The notes beneath the pieces were generated by a model that saw only the letters and a program-made list of their open reading frames with translations, was not told the DNA's origin and did not search any database. A program made the position numbers and the translations under genes. 17,216 nucleotides of DNA from Cyanobacteria bacterium P01_D01_bin.156 (GTDB lineage Bacteria; Cyanobacteriota; Cyanobacteriia; Phormidesmidales; Phormidesmidaceae), in NCBI GenBank assembly GCA_039024555.1, contig JBCCQQ010000095.1, forward strand, positions 1 through 17,216. The letters run 5' to 3'. This document shows, piece after piece, positions 1 to 8,044 of the stretch; position 1 is the first letter of the stretch, and each line of letters begins with the position of its first letter.

Positions 1-40
1 CAGACAGTTTCCGCTTGAGTATTTCAACAGAGTGAAGCAT
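1..40 (-). CDS. IS4-family transposase, N-terminal 13 codons (partial, runs off window)
   Basis: ATG at 40 gives MLHSVEILKRKLS, which resembles recalled N-termini of cyanobacterial IS4 transposases (..V.ILK.KF.QS.GLPF). The evidence is short and depends on the adjacent IR. Confidence 0.6.
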   Translation of the reverse strand, partial: MLHSVEILKRKLS

Positions 41-121
41 AGTAGAAGTATCTTTTTATGAGCCAAGGCTATTCTCCTTCACTGGCGAGGCGCTTGGCTA
101 TTTTTTTGGCTCTGCAACATT

Positions 122-140
122 CTTAAGTCAGCGCCATTCG
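122..140 (-). repeat. Terminal inverted repeat (IRL) of the IS4-family element
   Basis: Plus strand reads CTTAAGTCAGCGCCATTCG, matching the AATG...TTAAG pattern of IS4 ends. The terminal base (139 or 140) is uncertain. Confidence 0.7.
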
Positions 141-2768
141 ATTGAGAGTTCGAATTTCTTTTTGTTTGTGCTGTCGCCTCGGTCGGTGAAGTCACCCTAT
201 TGCGCAGATGAGGTGGAGTATGCGGCGAAGCTGAATAAGCGGATGGTGACGGTGTTGCATCGTCCGGTGGAAGTGAAGGATCTTCACCCAGAGTTGGCGA
301 AGGTGCAGTGGACTGATTTTAATGCGAATGAGGGAGAGTTTGAGGCGAACTTTAAAGAGTTGTTGCGGACTTTGGATACGGACCCGGTACATTTGCGGTA
401 TCACACTGGGTTGTTGATGAAGGCGATTGAGTGGGATGAGAAGGGGCGGAGAGATGATGTGTTGCTGCGCGGTGGCGAGCTATCGGAGTCAGAACAGTGG
501 ATGGCTCAGTCGGTGGAGAAGGAGCCGAGGCCAACGGCGTTGCAAGGGGAGTATGTTGCGGCGAGTCGGAGATTGGTGGAGATAAATCAGCAGAGGGCAG
601 TTAAGCAGCAGCAGCGAGTGATTGGGGGATTAGCTTCTCTATTGTTGTTGGCAGTGGCAGGTGGGGGTGTTGCCACTTGGCAGTGGCAAGCAGCTAAGCA
701 GGCGACTAAGCAGGCAGAACTGAATCAAGCGCGGTCGTCGGGGCTTTATTCTTTATCGCTGTTAACTGAAGGTAAAGATTTGGAGGCATGGATTGAGGCT
801 ATTCGGGCAGGTACTTTTTTGCAGAAGTATCAGGTTACCCAACCGGAAGGATTGAACGCGCTGCAGCAAGTTATTTTGAAAAGCAACCAAGTTCGCAGCC
901 TTAATAGCCATGATGATGCGGTCATTAATGTGAGCTTCAGCCCTGATGGAAATACCCTTGCCAGTAGTAGCGTTGACGCCACCATTAAACTTTGGGACGT
1001 GGAGACAGGCGAGGAAATCCGCAGCCTCAATGGCCATGATGGGGAAGTCACTGGTGTAGGTTTTAGTCCTGATAATAAGACTCTTGTCAGTGGCAGTTTT
1101 GATGCCACCATCAAACTCTGGGATGTAGAGACAGGCGAGGAAATTCGCAGCCTCAACGAGCATGATGACACGGTCACTAGTGTGAATTTCAGTTCTGATG
1201 GCAAGACCCTTGTCAGTGGAAGCCTTGACGCCACCATCAAACTCTGGGATGTGAATACAGGGGAGGAAATTCGTAGCCTCAATGGCCATGATAATGCGGT
1301 CATTAGTGTGGACTTCAGTCCTGATGGTAAGACTCTTGTCAGTGGCAGTTTTGATGCCACCATCAAACTTTGGGACGTGGAAACAGGCGAGGAAATCCGC
1401 AGCTTCAACGACCATAGTGCACCAGTCAATAGCGTGAGCTTCAGTTCCGATGGCAAGACCGTCATTAGTGGCAGTGTTGATACTACGATAAAACTCTGGA
1501 ATGTGGAGACAGGCGAGGAAATCCGCAGCCTCAATGGCCATGATAGGTGGGTCACTAGTGTGGGCTTCAGTCCTGATGGCAAGACTGTCGTTGGTGGCAG
1601 TGTTGACAGCACGATAAAACTCTGGGACGTGGAGGCAGGCGAGGAAATCCGCAGCCTCAATGACCATGATGACACGGTCACTAGTGTGGGCTTCAGTCCT
1701 GATGGCAAGACTGTCGTTAGTGGCAGTGTTGACAGCACGATAAAACTCTGGAATGTGGAGGCAGGCGAGGAAATCCGCAACCTCAACGGCCATGATGAGC
1801 TAGTCTTTATTGTAGGATTCAGTCCTGATGGCAAGACCCTTGTTAGTGGGAGTGGTGACACCACTATCAAACTTTGGGATGTGATGACAGGTAAGGAAAT
1901 TCGCAGCCTCAATGGTCATGATAGGCAAGTTTGGAGTGTGAGCTTCAGTCCCGATGGCAGGACCCTTGTCAGTGGGAGTGATGACAGCACGATAAAACTC
2001 TGGGACGTGAAGACAGGCGAGGAAATTCATAGCATGAACGGTCATAACGCACCTGTCTGGAGTGTGAAATTCAGTCCCGATGGTAGGACTCTTGCCAGTG
2101 GCAGTGATGACAAAACCATCAAACTCTGGAATGTAGAGACAGGCAAGGAAATTCGTAGTCTCAATGGTCATAATAACACGGTCAATAGTGTGGGCTTCAG
2201 TCCTGATGGTAAGGCTCTTGTTAGTGGTAGTGGTGACAACACCATCAAACTCTGGGACGTGAAGACAGGCGAGGAAATCCGTAGCTTCAACGGCCATACT
2301 GATACAGTCATTAATGTGGACTTTAGTCCTGATGACAAGACTCTTGTCAGTGGCAGTGATGACAAAAGCATCAAACTCTGGGACGTGAAGGCAGGCGAGG
2401 AAATTCATAGCATGAACGGCCATGATGCATCGGTATGGAGTGTGAAATTCAGTCCCGATGGTAAGGCTCTTGTCAGTAGCAGTGATGACAAAACCATCAA
2501 ACTCTGGGATGTGGAAACAGGCGAGGAAATTCGCAGCCTCAACGACCATAATGCGCCTGTCTGGAGTGTGGGCTTTAGTCCCGATGGCAGGACTCTTGTC
2601 AGTAGCAGTGATGACAAAACCATCAAACTCTGGGACTTAGAGGCTCTAAGCTTAGATTCATTAGTTGTTCGTGGCTGTGAATGGATCCGCTATCATGTGG
2701 CCCATAATCCAGTCAAAATTAGCGACGAAGATATGGCATTATGCGATGGCATCGACACAGAATCGTGA
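141..2768 (+). pseudogene. TIR domain + 14 WD40 repeat protein, 3' portion of an IS-interrupted gene
   Basis: The frame from 141 reads IESSNFFLFVLSPRSVKSPYCADEVEYAAKLNKR, the second half of a TIR_2-type domain; the FISY N-terminal half is absent. Then follow an LLRG.EL..A-type helical linker, a hydrophobic segment (VIGGLASLLLLAVAGGGVATW) and 14 WD40 repeats. The ORF-track TTG at 162 is probably not the native start. Confidence 0.85.
891..2654 (+). repeat. 14 tandem 126-bp (42-aa) WD40 coding repeats with high internal identity
   Basis: Consensus IRSLNGHxxxVxSVxFSPDGKTLVSGSxDxTIKLWDVETGEE with no indels. 1551-1653 and 1677-1779 differ at 3 of 103 nt. Confidence 0.97.
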
Positions 2769-2795
2769 GCAATGGTTGCAGGTAATCAATATCTC

Positions 2796-2831
2796 GTAGG
2801 AGCGATGCCTTGTGTATTGGTGTGGCTCTAC
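2796..2831 (+). repeat. Degenerate GTAG-type REP-like element
   Basis: GTAGGAGCGATGCCTTGTG...GCTCTAC shares the GTAGG.GC....CCTTGTG core with the copies at 4252-4296 and 10884-10933. Confidence 0.5.
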
Positions 2832-2891
2832 AGGGATATCAGGATATCCTGAAACAATACGTTTCTCGATTCACCCCACCAAATATCAACA

Positions 2892-3440
2892 ATGGAAACC
2901 TTAGAAAACTGTCAGACTATTCTTGAAACTGGCAAAACAACAACCGAAAAAGCATTTCAGCTATTCGACTCCCTAGCCCCTGTTACCCTAGACTTCATGC
3001 TAGGCCGCTGGCAAGGCTCCGACCTCCACACCGACCACCCCATGGACGGCCTGCTCGAAGCCTCCAACTGGTACGGCAAAGAATTCATCGATATCGAAAC
3101 TGTCCACCCCCTATTGTTCTTAGACCCCCAAGGAGAGATTATCAAAGTCGCCCCCCAACCCCTGGCCATGAAATGGGGTTTAAAACTGCCCGGTCTCAAA
3201 AGTGATCTTATGCAGCCACTGCTGGGACTAACCACATCGCTATTAAAAACAGAAGAGAGTCAGGCCAGATTACGGATGATGGAATATCGTAGCAAAGTCA
3301 GCGCCACCATGATTTATGACTATCTACCCATTAATGACGCCTTTCGAAAAGTGGATGATGATACTTTACTGGGAGTCATGGACTATAAGGAGTCTCCTCA
3401 GCCATTCTTTTTTATACTTAGAAGAGACTCTGGAGCATAA
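2892..3440 (+). CDS. GXWXG / DUF4334 domain protein
   Basis: 182 aa with GRWQG, HPMDGLL..SNWYGKEF, VHPL, and ARLRMMEYR.KVSATMIYDYLPINDAFRKVDDDTLLGVMD motifs. Confidence 0.88.
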   Translation: METLENCQTILETGKTTTEKAFQLFDSLAPVTLDFMLGRWQGSDLHTDHPMDGLLEASNWYGKEFIDIETVHPLLFLDPQGEIIKVAPQPLAMKWGLKLPGLKSDLMQPLLGLTTSLLKTEESQARLRMMEYRSKVSATMIYDYLPINDAFRKVDDDTLLGVMDYKESPQPFFFILRRDSGA

Positions 3441-3443
3441 GCA

Positions 3444-3767
3444 ATGAACTTAACAGGCACCTGGCACATTCAGTCCATGGAACTGTGGGATGAAGACTAT
3501 TTCAACATGGAAGTGCAGGCTTACATCACAATCGAGTCCAACTATATCGGTGAATTTCAATTTGGCTTAGTTACAGGGGATTTAGACGGTTCAATCTCTG
3601 GCAAAGGCGACGAAGCAAGCTTACATTTCAGCTGGGAAGGCGGAGACGAGAACGATCCGGCATTTGGTCGTGGGTGGTGCAAGCTTAAAGATAGCAATAC
3701 TCTTGAAGGGGAAATTAAGTTTCATTTTGGCGATAGTTCAGGGTTTGAAGCTGTGAGAGCTGCATAG
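3444..3767 (+). CDS. Conserved hypothetical protein (small, acidic, beta-rich)
   Basis: 107 aa ATG ORF 3 nt after the previous stop. GTWHI..MELWD, GEFQFGLV.G and FSWEG.DE.D...GRGW patterns look like a real protein. Confidence 0.8.
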   Translation: MNLTGTWHIQSMELWDEDYFNMEVQAYITIESNYIGEFQFGLVTGDLDGSISGKGDEASLHFSWEGGDENDPAFGRGWCKLKDSNTLEGEIKFHFGDSSGFEAVRAA

Positions 3768-3822
3768 ATGGATTTAATGCAGGTTACCAAACGGTGACGT
3801 TTTAAGGGTATCAATCGGAGGA

Positions 3823-3896
3823 AAAACCGGTTGCTTGGGGTCCCTCCGAGTTCCCCAACCCCCCATGAATAGGGCCGGGAGGCCGCCCTAGACCCC
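3823..3896. repeat. Structured dispersed intergenic element, copy A
   Basis: 3823-3854 matches 16972-17003 at 30/32 nt. The second block CCCCATG...AGGGC...GCCGCCCTA.A.CCC (3861-3896) matches 17049-17083. Confidence 0.85.
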
Positions 3897-4251
3897 ACCC
3901 TAGTAGGTTGTCCTTAATTGCATAGATAGGGGTTACGGCGGGGTCGATTAATCAGATTATCGCATTGTTGTTTAGCCCACCTCCACGTAGGTCATGCCTT
4001 TCATCAAATGAGCTTTCAATGCCTTCAGATTTTCTGTCCAGACAATGAAACAATTCCGCCTTGAGTAAGGGGAACCAGAGATCGCCAAGCGTCATGCTAG
4101 CAACAATTTTGAATGTGCCAGTTAGATGGGCGCATGCCCATGACTCCATTGCCATGGCAGCTCGCATACCATAGCCATCAATGGGTGCATAAGGTCTACT
4201 TTGCCGAAAAAATCTCCATAATTCGAGGGCAAGGCTGTCACTCATGTCGCA

Positions 4252-4296
4252 GGGCAACCACAAGGGATTGCTTTGCAATTCCCGATGTGCCCCTAC
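4252..4296 (-). repeat. GTAG-type REP-like element with an internal insertion
   Basis: Minus strand reads GTAGGGGCA-catcgggaattgcaaa-GCAATCCCTTGTGGTTGCCC, the same family as 10884-10933. Confidence 0.65.
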
Positions 4297-4335
4297 AAGA
4301 TGACTCACGCTGACTGTGGCTAGGAAGTATGACCC

Positions 4336-5541
4336 GTGAAAAGAATTTTATGCGCACTTTTATCGCTAATCGCCCTGTTGACCGTATGGGTACAGCCAGC
4401 CTTCGCCGCTAATAGCGCCCCTGACTATAACGACATCTCCATCCTAAGAAACCATGTTCTCACCGTAGATGACCTGGAAATACGAGAAGTGCTATCTCCT
4501 GAGCTAGGCAACGAGCAACGGCAGTTCTATGCAGACAAGGCATCTAACCTGCGCGGTGAATCCATTAGCGTTGACGATCTGCGTCACTGGAATCAGTTCA
4601 AAGCGATCTTTCGCATTCAAGTAATTGTTAGAGTATTGGCAGTAATGGTCAGCGTGTTAGGCACTGGACTGCTGTGCTTTAGCATTATTAAAAAGCTCTT
4701 CCAAATTCTGTCAGGTATTTTCCTGGCTATCGTTCTCACTATCGTAGATTTCTTAAAAAAGATACCTATCGTTATCTATAAAGTCTTCTTTTGCGGGGTG
4801 GGAGCCACTTTAATGATTCTCCTTAAGGGACTTACCCCCAATTTTCTCGGTGCAGTTGTCTTTTTCCTAAGCCTCGGATTGTTGCACGATAAAGAAAACT
4901 GGAAATCATTTTTCCAAGATTTTGATAAAGATATCAAATTTATCTCTGGCACCTGCTGCGCAGTCTATGCTGGGGCAGCCTGGTGGAACCAAAGTATCAC
5001 CCTAGGTGTGTTGGCCTCCCTGGCATTTGTCGCATTCTTTGGTTTTGTTCTATTGGCGGGGCCGTTAACCATTATCATCGGCTTTAACAGCACGAATAAA
5101 GCCGGTCAAGGTACCTTTGCCGCTGCCTGTTTAACCATTTTTGGCCTTAGCTTAACTCAGCATTATTTCCCTAGTTCGCTGGATGTATTTCAAACTGGAG
5201 CCTTGTTCACAGGCACCTTTGTCTATTTTGTTGGCATGCTGATCCTGTCGTCTAAGTGGGTGGCAAAAGAAAACTACTGGCTGAGAAATGTTGTTACGTT
5301 TATCAGTGGGCCGCTGCTGATCTGGGTGGCTACATCATTAGAGTTGGGAGTAGTTAATGCGATCGCAGGCACCTTTCTCGTGATTTTCCTAATGGATAAA
5401 TACGTGGAATTTTGCACCCTCTGGGTCAAAAATACCATCGGCTTCGGCACGGCGTTACTAGGTACCGGGCTACTCGGCTTTGGTCTAATGCAGGTGCTGG
5501 ATATCTATCCCCAGTACTTTATTTCTAACCTGTTGTTTTAA
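4336..5541 (+). CDS. Hypothetical polytopic membrane protein with N-terminal signal peptide
   Basis: 401 aa with a GTG start after AGGAAG. It has a signal peptide ending AFA-A, a ~70 aa soluble segment, then about 10-11 hydrophobic helices. It contains a HIP1 site. Confidence 0.8.
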   Translation: MKRILCALLSLIALLTVWVQPAFAANSAPDYNDISILRNHVLTVDDLEIREVLSPELGNEQRQFYADKASNLRGESISVDDLRHWNQFKAIFRIQVIVRVLAVMVSVLGTGLLCFSIIKKLFQILSGIFLAIVLTIVDFLKKIPIVIYKVFFCGVGATLMILLKGLTPNFLGAVVFFLSLGLLHDKENWKSFFQDFDKDIKFISGTCCAVYAGAAWWNQSITLGVLASLAFVAFFGFVLLAGPLTIIIGFNSTNKAGQGTFAAACLTIFGLSLTQHYFPSSLDVFQTGALFTGTFVYFVGMLILSSKWVAKENYWLRNVVTFISGPLLIWVATSLELGVVNAIAGTFLVIFLMDKYVEFCTLWVKNTIGFGTALLGTGLLGFGLMQVLDIYPQYFISNLLF

Positions 5542-6338
5542 TTGCCTAAACCCACATCCTCTAAAAATGACAGTGGATTGCTCATATCGGTAGCAAACCC
5601 CAAAATATTTTGATCGCGATGCTCGTACGCAACCTTGCCAGCCGCAACCACATAGGTAGCTCCTCGCTGGGTAATATGACTCACATCCGGCACATAGGTG
5701 TTCCACTTACCCAACACCTCCACCATGTTCCGCAGCCGCAGGGTGGCTAGCTCAAAGGGCCGCTGAAAACCTTTGCCCCCTGCCCGCTTAAAAAATTCAC
5801 CTTTGATGGGCGGTAGAGGTGTAGCCTGTACCACCTCATCATCTTTGATCAGTTGGGGAGCGTTGCGATCGCCCAAATAACCGCGAAAAACTTCTGTAAG
5901 GGTGCCAGGGCTACCGATGCCGGCACACATCAGCAACAGATTTAAACAGGCATTTTGCTTTTGGTTAAATCCTGGAACCGCCAGGGTCAGGCCAGGGTAA
6001 AGTCCCAACTCTTGGTGCAAGACTCCATCAGGGCCCAGCAATAGTGAGTCTTCAGAGAAACCCGTGTAGGCACAGAAGGCCTGACCGGAGTTGCGATCGC
6101 CAATACCCACTGCCCTAACGCTTAGTCCTTGTTCCGCCAACTGCTCAGCATCGCGACGGAGCCACCAAGCATATTCCAAACTGTCAAAGTCACCTAGCTG
6201 TGGCCAAACCAGCACTAGCTGCTTGGTGGCCCCAGGCACAATCAAAGGCACCGTACTACCATCGCTCACCCGCTGTCGCTGGGTAGAACTTAAAATCTCA
6301 TAGGCGGTAGATTGCGCGGCTTTAGTTTCTACAGCCAT
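5538..6338 (-). CDS. Peroxiredoxin-like (AhpC/TSA_2, PRXL2-like) family protein
   Basis: 266 aa with LVLVWPQLGDFDSLEYAWWL, VRAVGIG, LLMCAGIGSPGTL.EVFRGYLGD, and TQRGATY...YEHRD motifs of the cyanobacterial family. Confidence 0.8.
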   Translation of the reverse strand: MAVETKAAQSTAYEILSSTQRQRVSDGSTVPLIVPGATKQLVLVWPQLGDFDSLEYAWWLRRDAEQLAEQGLSVRAVGIGDRNSGQAFCAYTGFSEDSLLLGPDGVLHQELGLYPGLTLAVPGFNQKQNACLNLLLMCAGIGSPGTLTEVFRGYLGDRNAPQLIKDDEVVQATPLPPIKGEFFKRAGGKGFQRPFELATLRLRNMVEVLGKWNTYVPDVSHITQRGATYVVAAGKVAYEHRDQNILGFATDMSNPLSFLEDVGLGN

Positions 6339-7309
6339 GGTTGACTTACCTCACTTAGTTTTTCACAATCGTCTGACGTTAGGTACCAGCCCAGTGCCCC
6401 TGCATTTTGGGTGGCCTGGTCGGCATTTTTAGCCCCTGGAATCGGAATCACAGCTCCCTGACTAATCAACCAGTTCAGCGCTACCTGGGCAGGTGTTTTG
6501 TCGTAGCGCTTTGCCAGATCGTGCAACGTGGCAATCACAGGAGAAATTTTCTGTAGCCCACTTTTACTAAAGCGGGGATCTAAACGACGAGCTCCCGTGG
6601 GAGGCTGATAAGCATCCACCGTGTACTTACCTGTCACCAGACCTTGGGCCAGAGGGCTATAGGCTAAAACCGTAATTCCTAAATCCTTAGCAGCCGACAG
6701 CACACCATTAGATTCAATTTTGCGATGTAGCAGAGAGTATTGCACCTGATTAACGGCCAGGGGAATACCCCGCTCAGCCAGGTAGCTATGGGCTTGGTGC
6801 ATTTGACTCGCCGAATAGTTACTCACACCAACAGACTGAATTCGTCCCTGTTTGACCTCATCTGCCAAAGCATTCATTAATGCCTTTTGACCCATTAAAA
6901 AATCAAAGGGCCAATGCACTTGATAAAGAGCGACCGTTGGTAATTTCAATCGCTTTAAGCTGGCCGTTAAGGCATCGGCGACCGCCTGGGCGGAAAATCT
7001 CCACGGTAGCGGGAAATATTTAGTAGCCACTGCCACAGGTGTATCCGTCTGCTGCAGAAACTCTCCTAACAGTTCTTCTGATTTACCTAATCCGTAAACC
7101 TCAGCCGTATCAAAAAAGGTGATGCCTGCCGAGAGGGACGCTTTAAACGCCGCCGCAACATCATCAACACCATAGCCTTTACCGTATTGCCAAAATAAGG
7201 AATCTCCCCAGGACCAGGTACCTACTCCTAGTGCTGAAACACTGGGACCACCTGGCCCTAGCGGTACTGTTTGATTTCCTGGATTCACGTTGCTAGGTGA
7301 TGCTGTCAT
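6329..7309 (-). CDS. Aldo/keto reductase (pyridoxal reductase-like)
   Basis: Motifs LGVGTWSWG, FFDTAEVYG, VATK, LYQVHWP, VGVSNY, NQVQYSLL, AYSPLAQG, and IPIPGAK. The D-Y-K-H catalytic tetrad is present. Confidence 0.95.
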   Translation of the reverse strand: MTASPSNVNPGNQTVPLGPGGPSVSALGVGTWSWGDSLFWQYGKGYGVDDVAAAFKASLSAGITFFDTAEVYGLGKSEELLGEFLQQTDTPVAVATKYFPLPWRFSAQAVADALTASLKRLKLPTVALYQVHWPFDFLMGQKALMNALADEVKQGRIQSVGVSNYSASQMHQAHSYLAERGIPLAVNQVQYSLLHRKIESNGVLSAAKDLGITVLAYSPLAQGLVTGKYTVDAYQPPTGARRLDPRFSKSGLQKISPVIATLHDLAKRYDKTPAQVALNWLISQGAVIPIPGAKNADQATQNAGALGWYLTSDDCEKLSEVSQPWL

Positions 7310-7373
7310 GGCTGTAATTACTTCAACGTTTGTTCTGACTAAGTGATTGCAGTATGGGTTACCGGGTTGCCAC

Positions 7374-7403
7374 TGATATAAGGACTTAAAAGCCCCTATA
7401 TCA
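7374..7403 (-). promoter_or_regulatory. Inverted repeat / 13-bp hairpin in the divergent intergenic region
   Basis: Minus strand reads TGATATAGGGGCT-ttta-AGTCCTTATATCA, fully paired with two G-U pairs. Function is unknown. Confidence 0.4.
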
Positions 7404-7478
7404 AAGAGACTAGTGGGTATTAAAGATGATACTAGGGGAGCAATTTTGGGAAAAGTAGACTAGGTTTTTAGGCAGTTG

Positions 7479-7943
7479 ATGAATAAACCTCCCACGGCAC
7501 TTATTCGACCTAGATATGAACGACTGCGATATGCGATCGCAATTTTACTTGGGTACAGTGTAGGCGGATTTTACCTATCTAGCTGTCAGGCCAGTGCCAC
7601 CATGTGGTTAGTTATGTCTCTTTTGGTTGCTTACACAGCCACCACAGGCATTGCGGGAATTGTGCTATCGGAGGCATGCTTTTCTAGCATAGTGATCGTC
7701 TATGCCCTCTCCCATCCGTGGCCCGCTATCAACAGCGTACCGATTCCATTTACCCCAGCTCAAATCTGGTCCAGCACCCTACTTATATTCTGGTTGCTAG
7801 GCAGTTTACTCATCATTCTGTTGGGTACCGCCGTAACAGATTTTGCCCAACAACGAAGATTTCACTGGCGCTACACACTTCTGTTTGGAAGCCTGAGCTT
7901 TCTGGCACTGAGCCTGGGTCATAACGTTTACGGAGCTTTCTAA
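7479..7943 (+). CDS. Hypothetical membrane protein
   Basis: 154 aa from ATG 7479 with several hydrophobic segments and a HIP1 site. Confidence 0.7.
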   Translation: MNKPPTALIRPRYERLRYAIAILLGYSVGGFYLSSCQASATMWLVMSLLVAYTATTGIAGIVLSEACFSSIVIVYALSHPWPAINSVPIPFTPAQIWSSTLLIFWLLGSLLIILLGTAVTDFAQQRRFHWRYTLLFGSLSFLALSLGHNVYGAF

Positions 7944-8044
7944 GAAAGGGAGTAGTGATCACCGCCCCAACTAGACCGTACAGCCAGAACCACCAATGCA
8001 CTCAGCACTAGCTCTATGCAACTACAACAGGGCAAACAACCTAA

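Larger units (their letters stand above)
1..140 (-). mobile_element. IS4-family insertion sequence, left end (continues off the window)
   Basis: Read on the minus strand from 140, CGAATGGCGCTGACTTAAG resembles the IS4 terminal IR (TAATGCCGATCAGTTAAG). An ATG about 100 nt inside starts a transposase-like N-terminus. The IR directly abuts mid-domain TIR coding sequence at 141. Confidence 0.75.

Noticed and set aside
162..164. TTG start of the 868-aa ORF
   Set aside because: It lies inside a TIR beta-strand. TIR-like sequence extends back to 141, where it meets the IS end.
762..2626. Long minus-strand ORFs (343, 360, 249 aa and shorter) over the WD40 region
   Set aside because: These are antisense shadows; the repeat unit simply lacks stops in those frames.
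891..2654. CRISPR array or diversity-generating retroelement reading of the repeats
   Set aside because: The units are in-frame coding repeats with no spacers. There is no cas or RT gene, and I saw no template/variable pair with adenine-specific differences.
2840..2851. 12-bp palindrome CAGGATATCCTG
   Set aside because: It is an isolated palindrome arising partly from a local GGATATC duplication, and no function can be supported.
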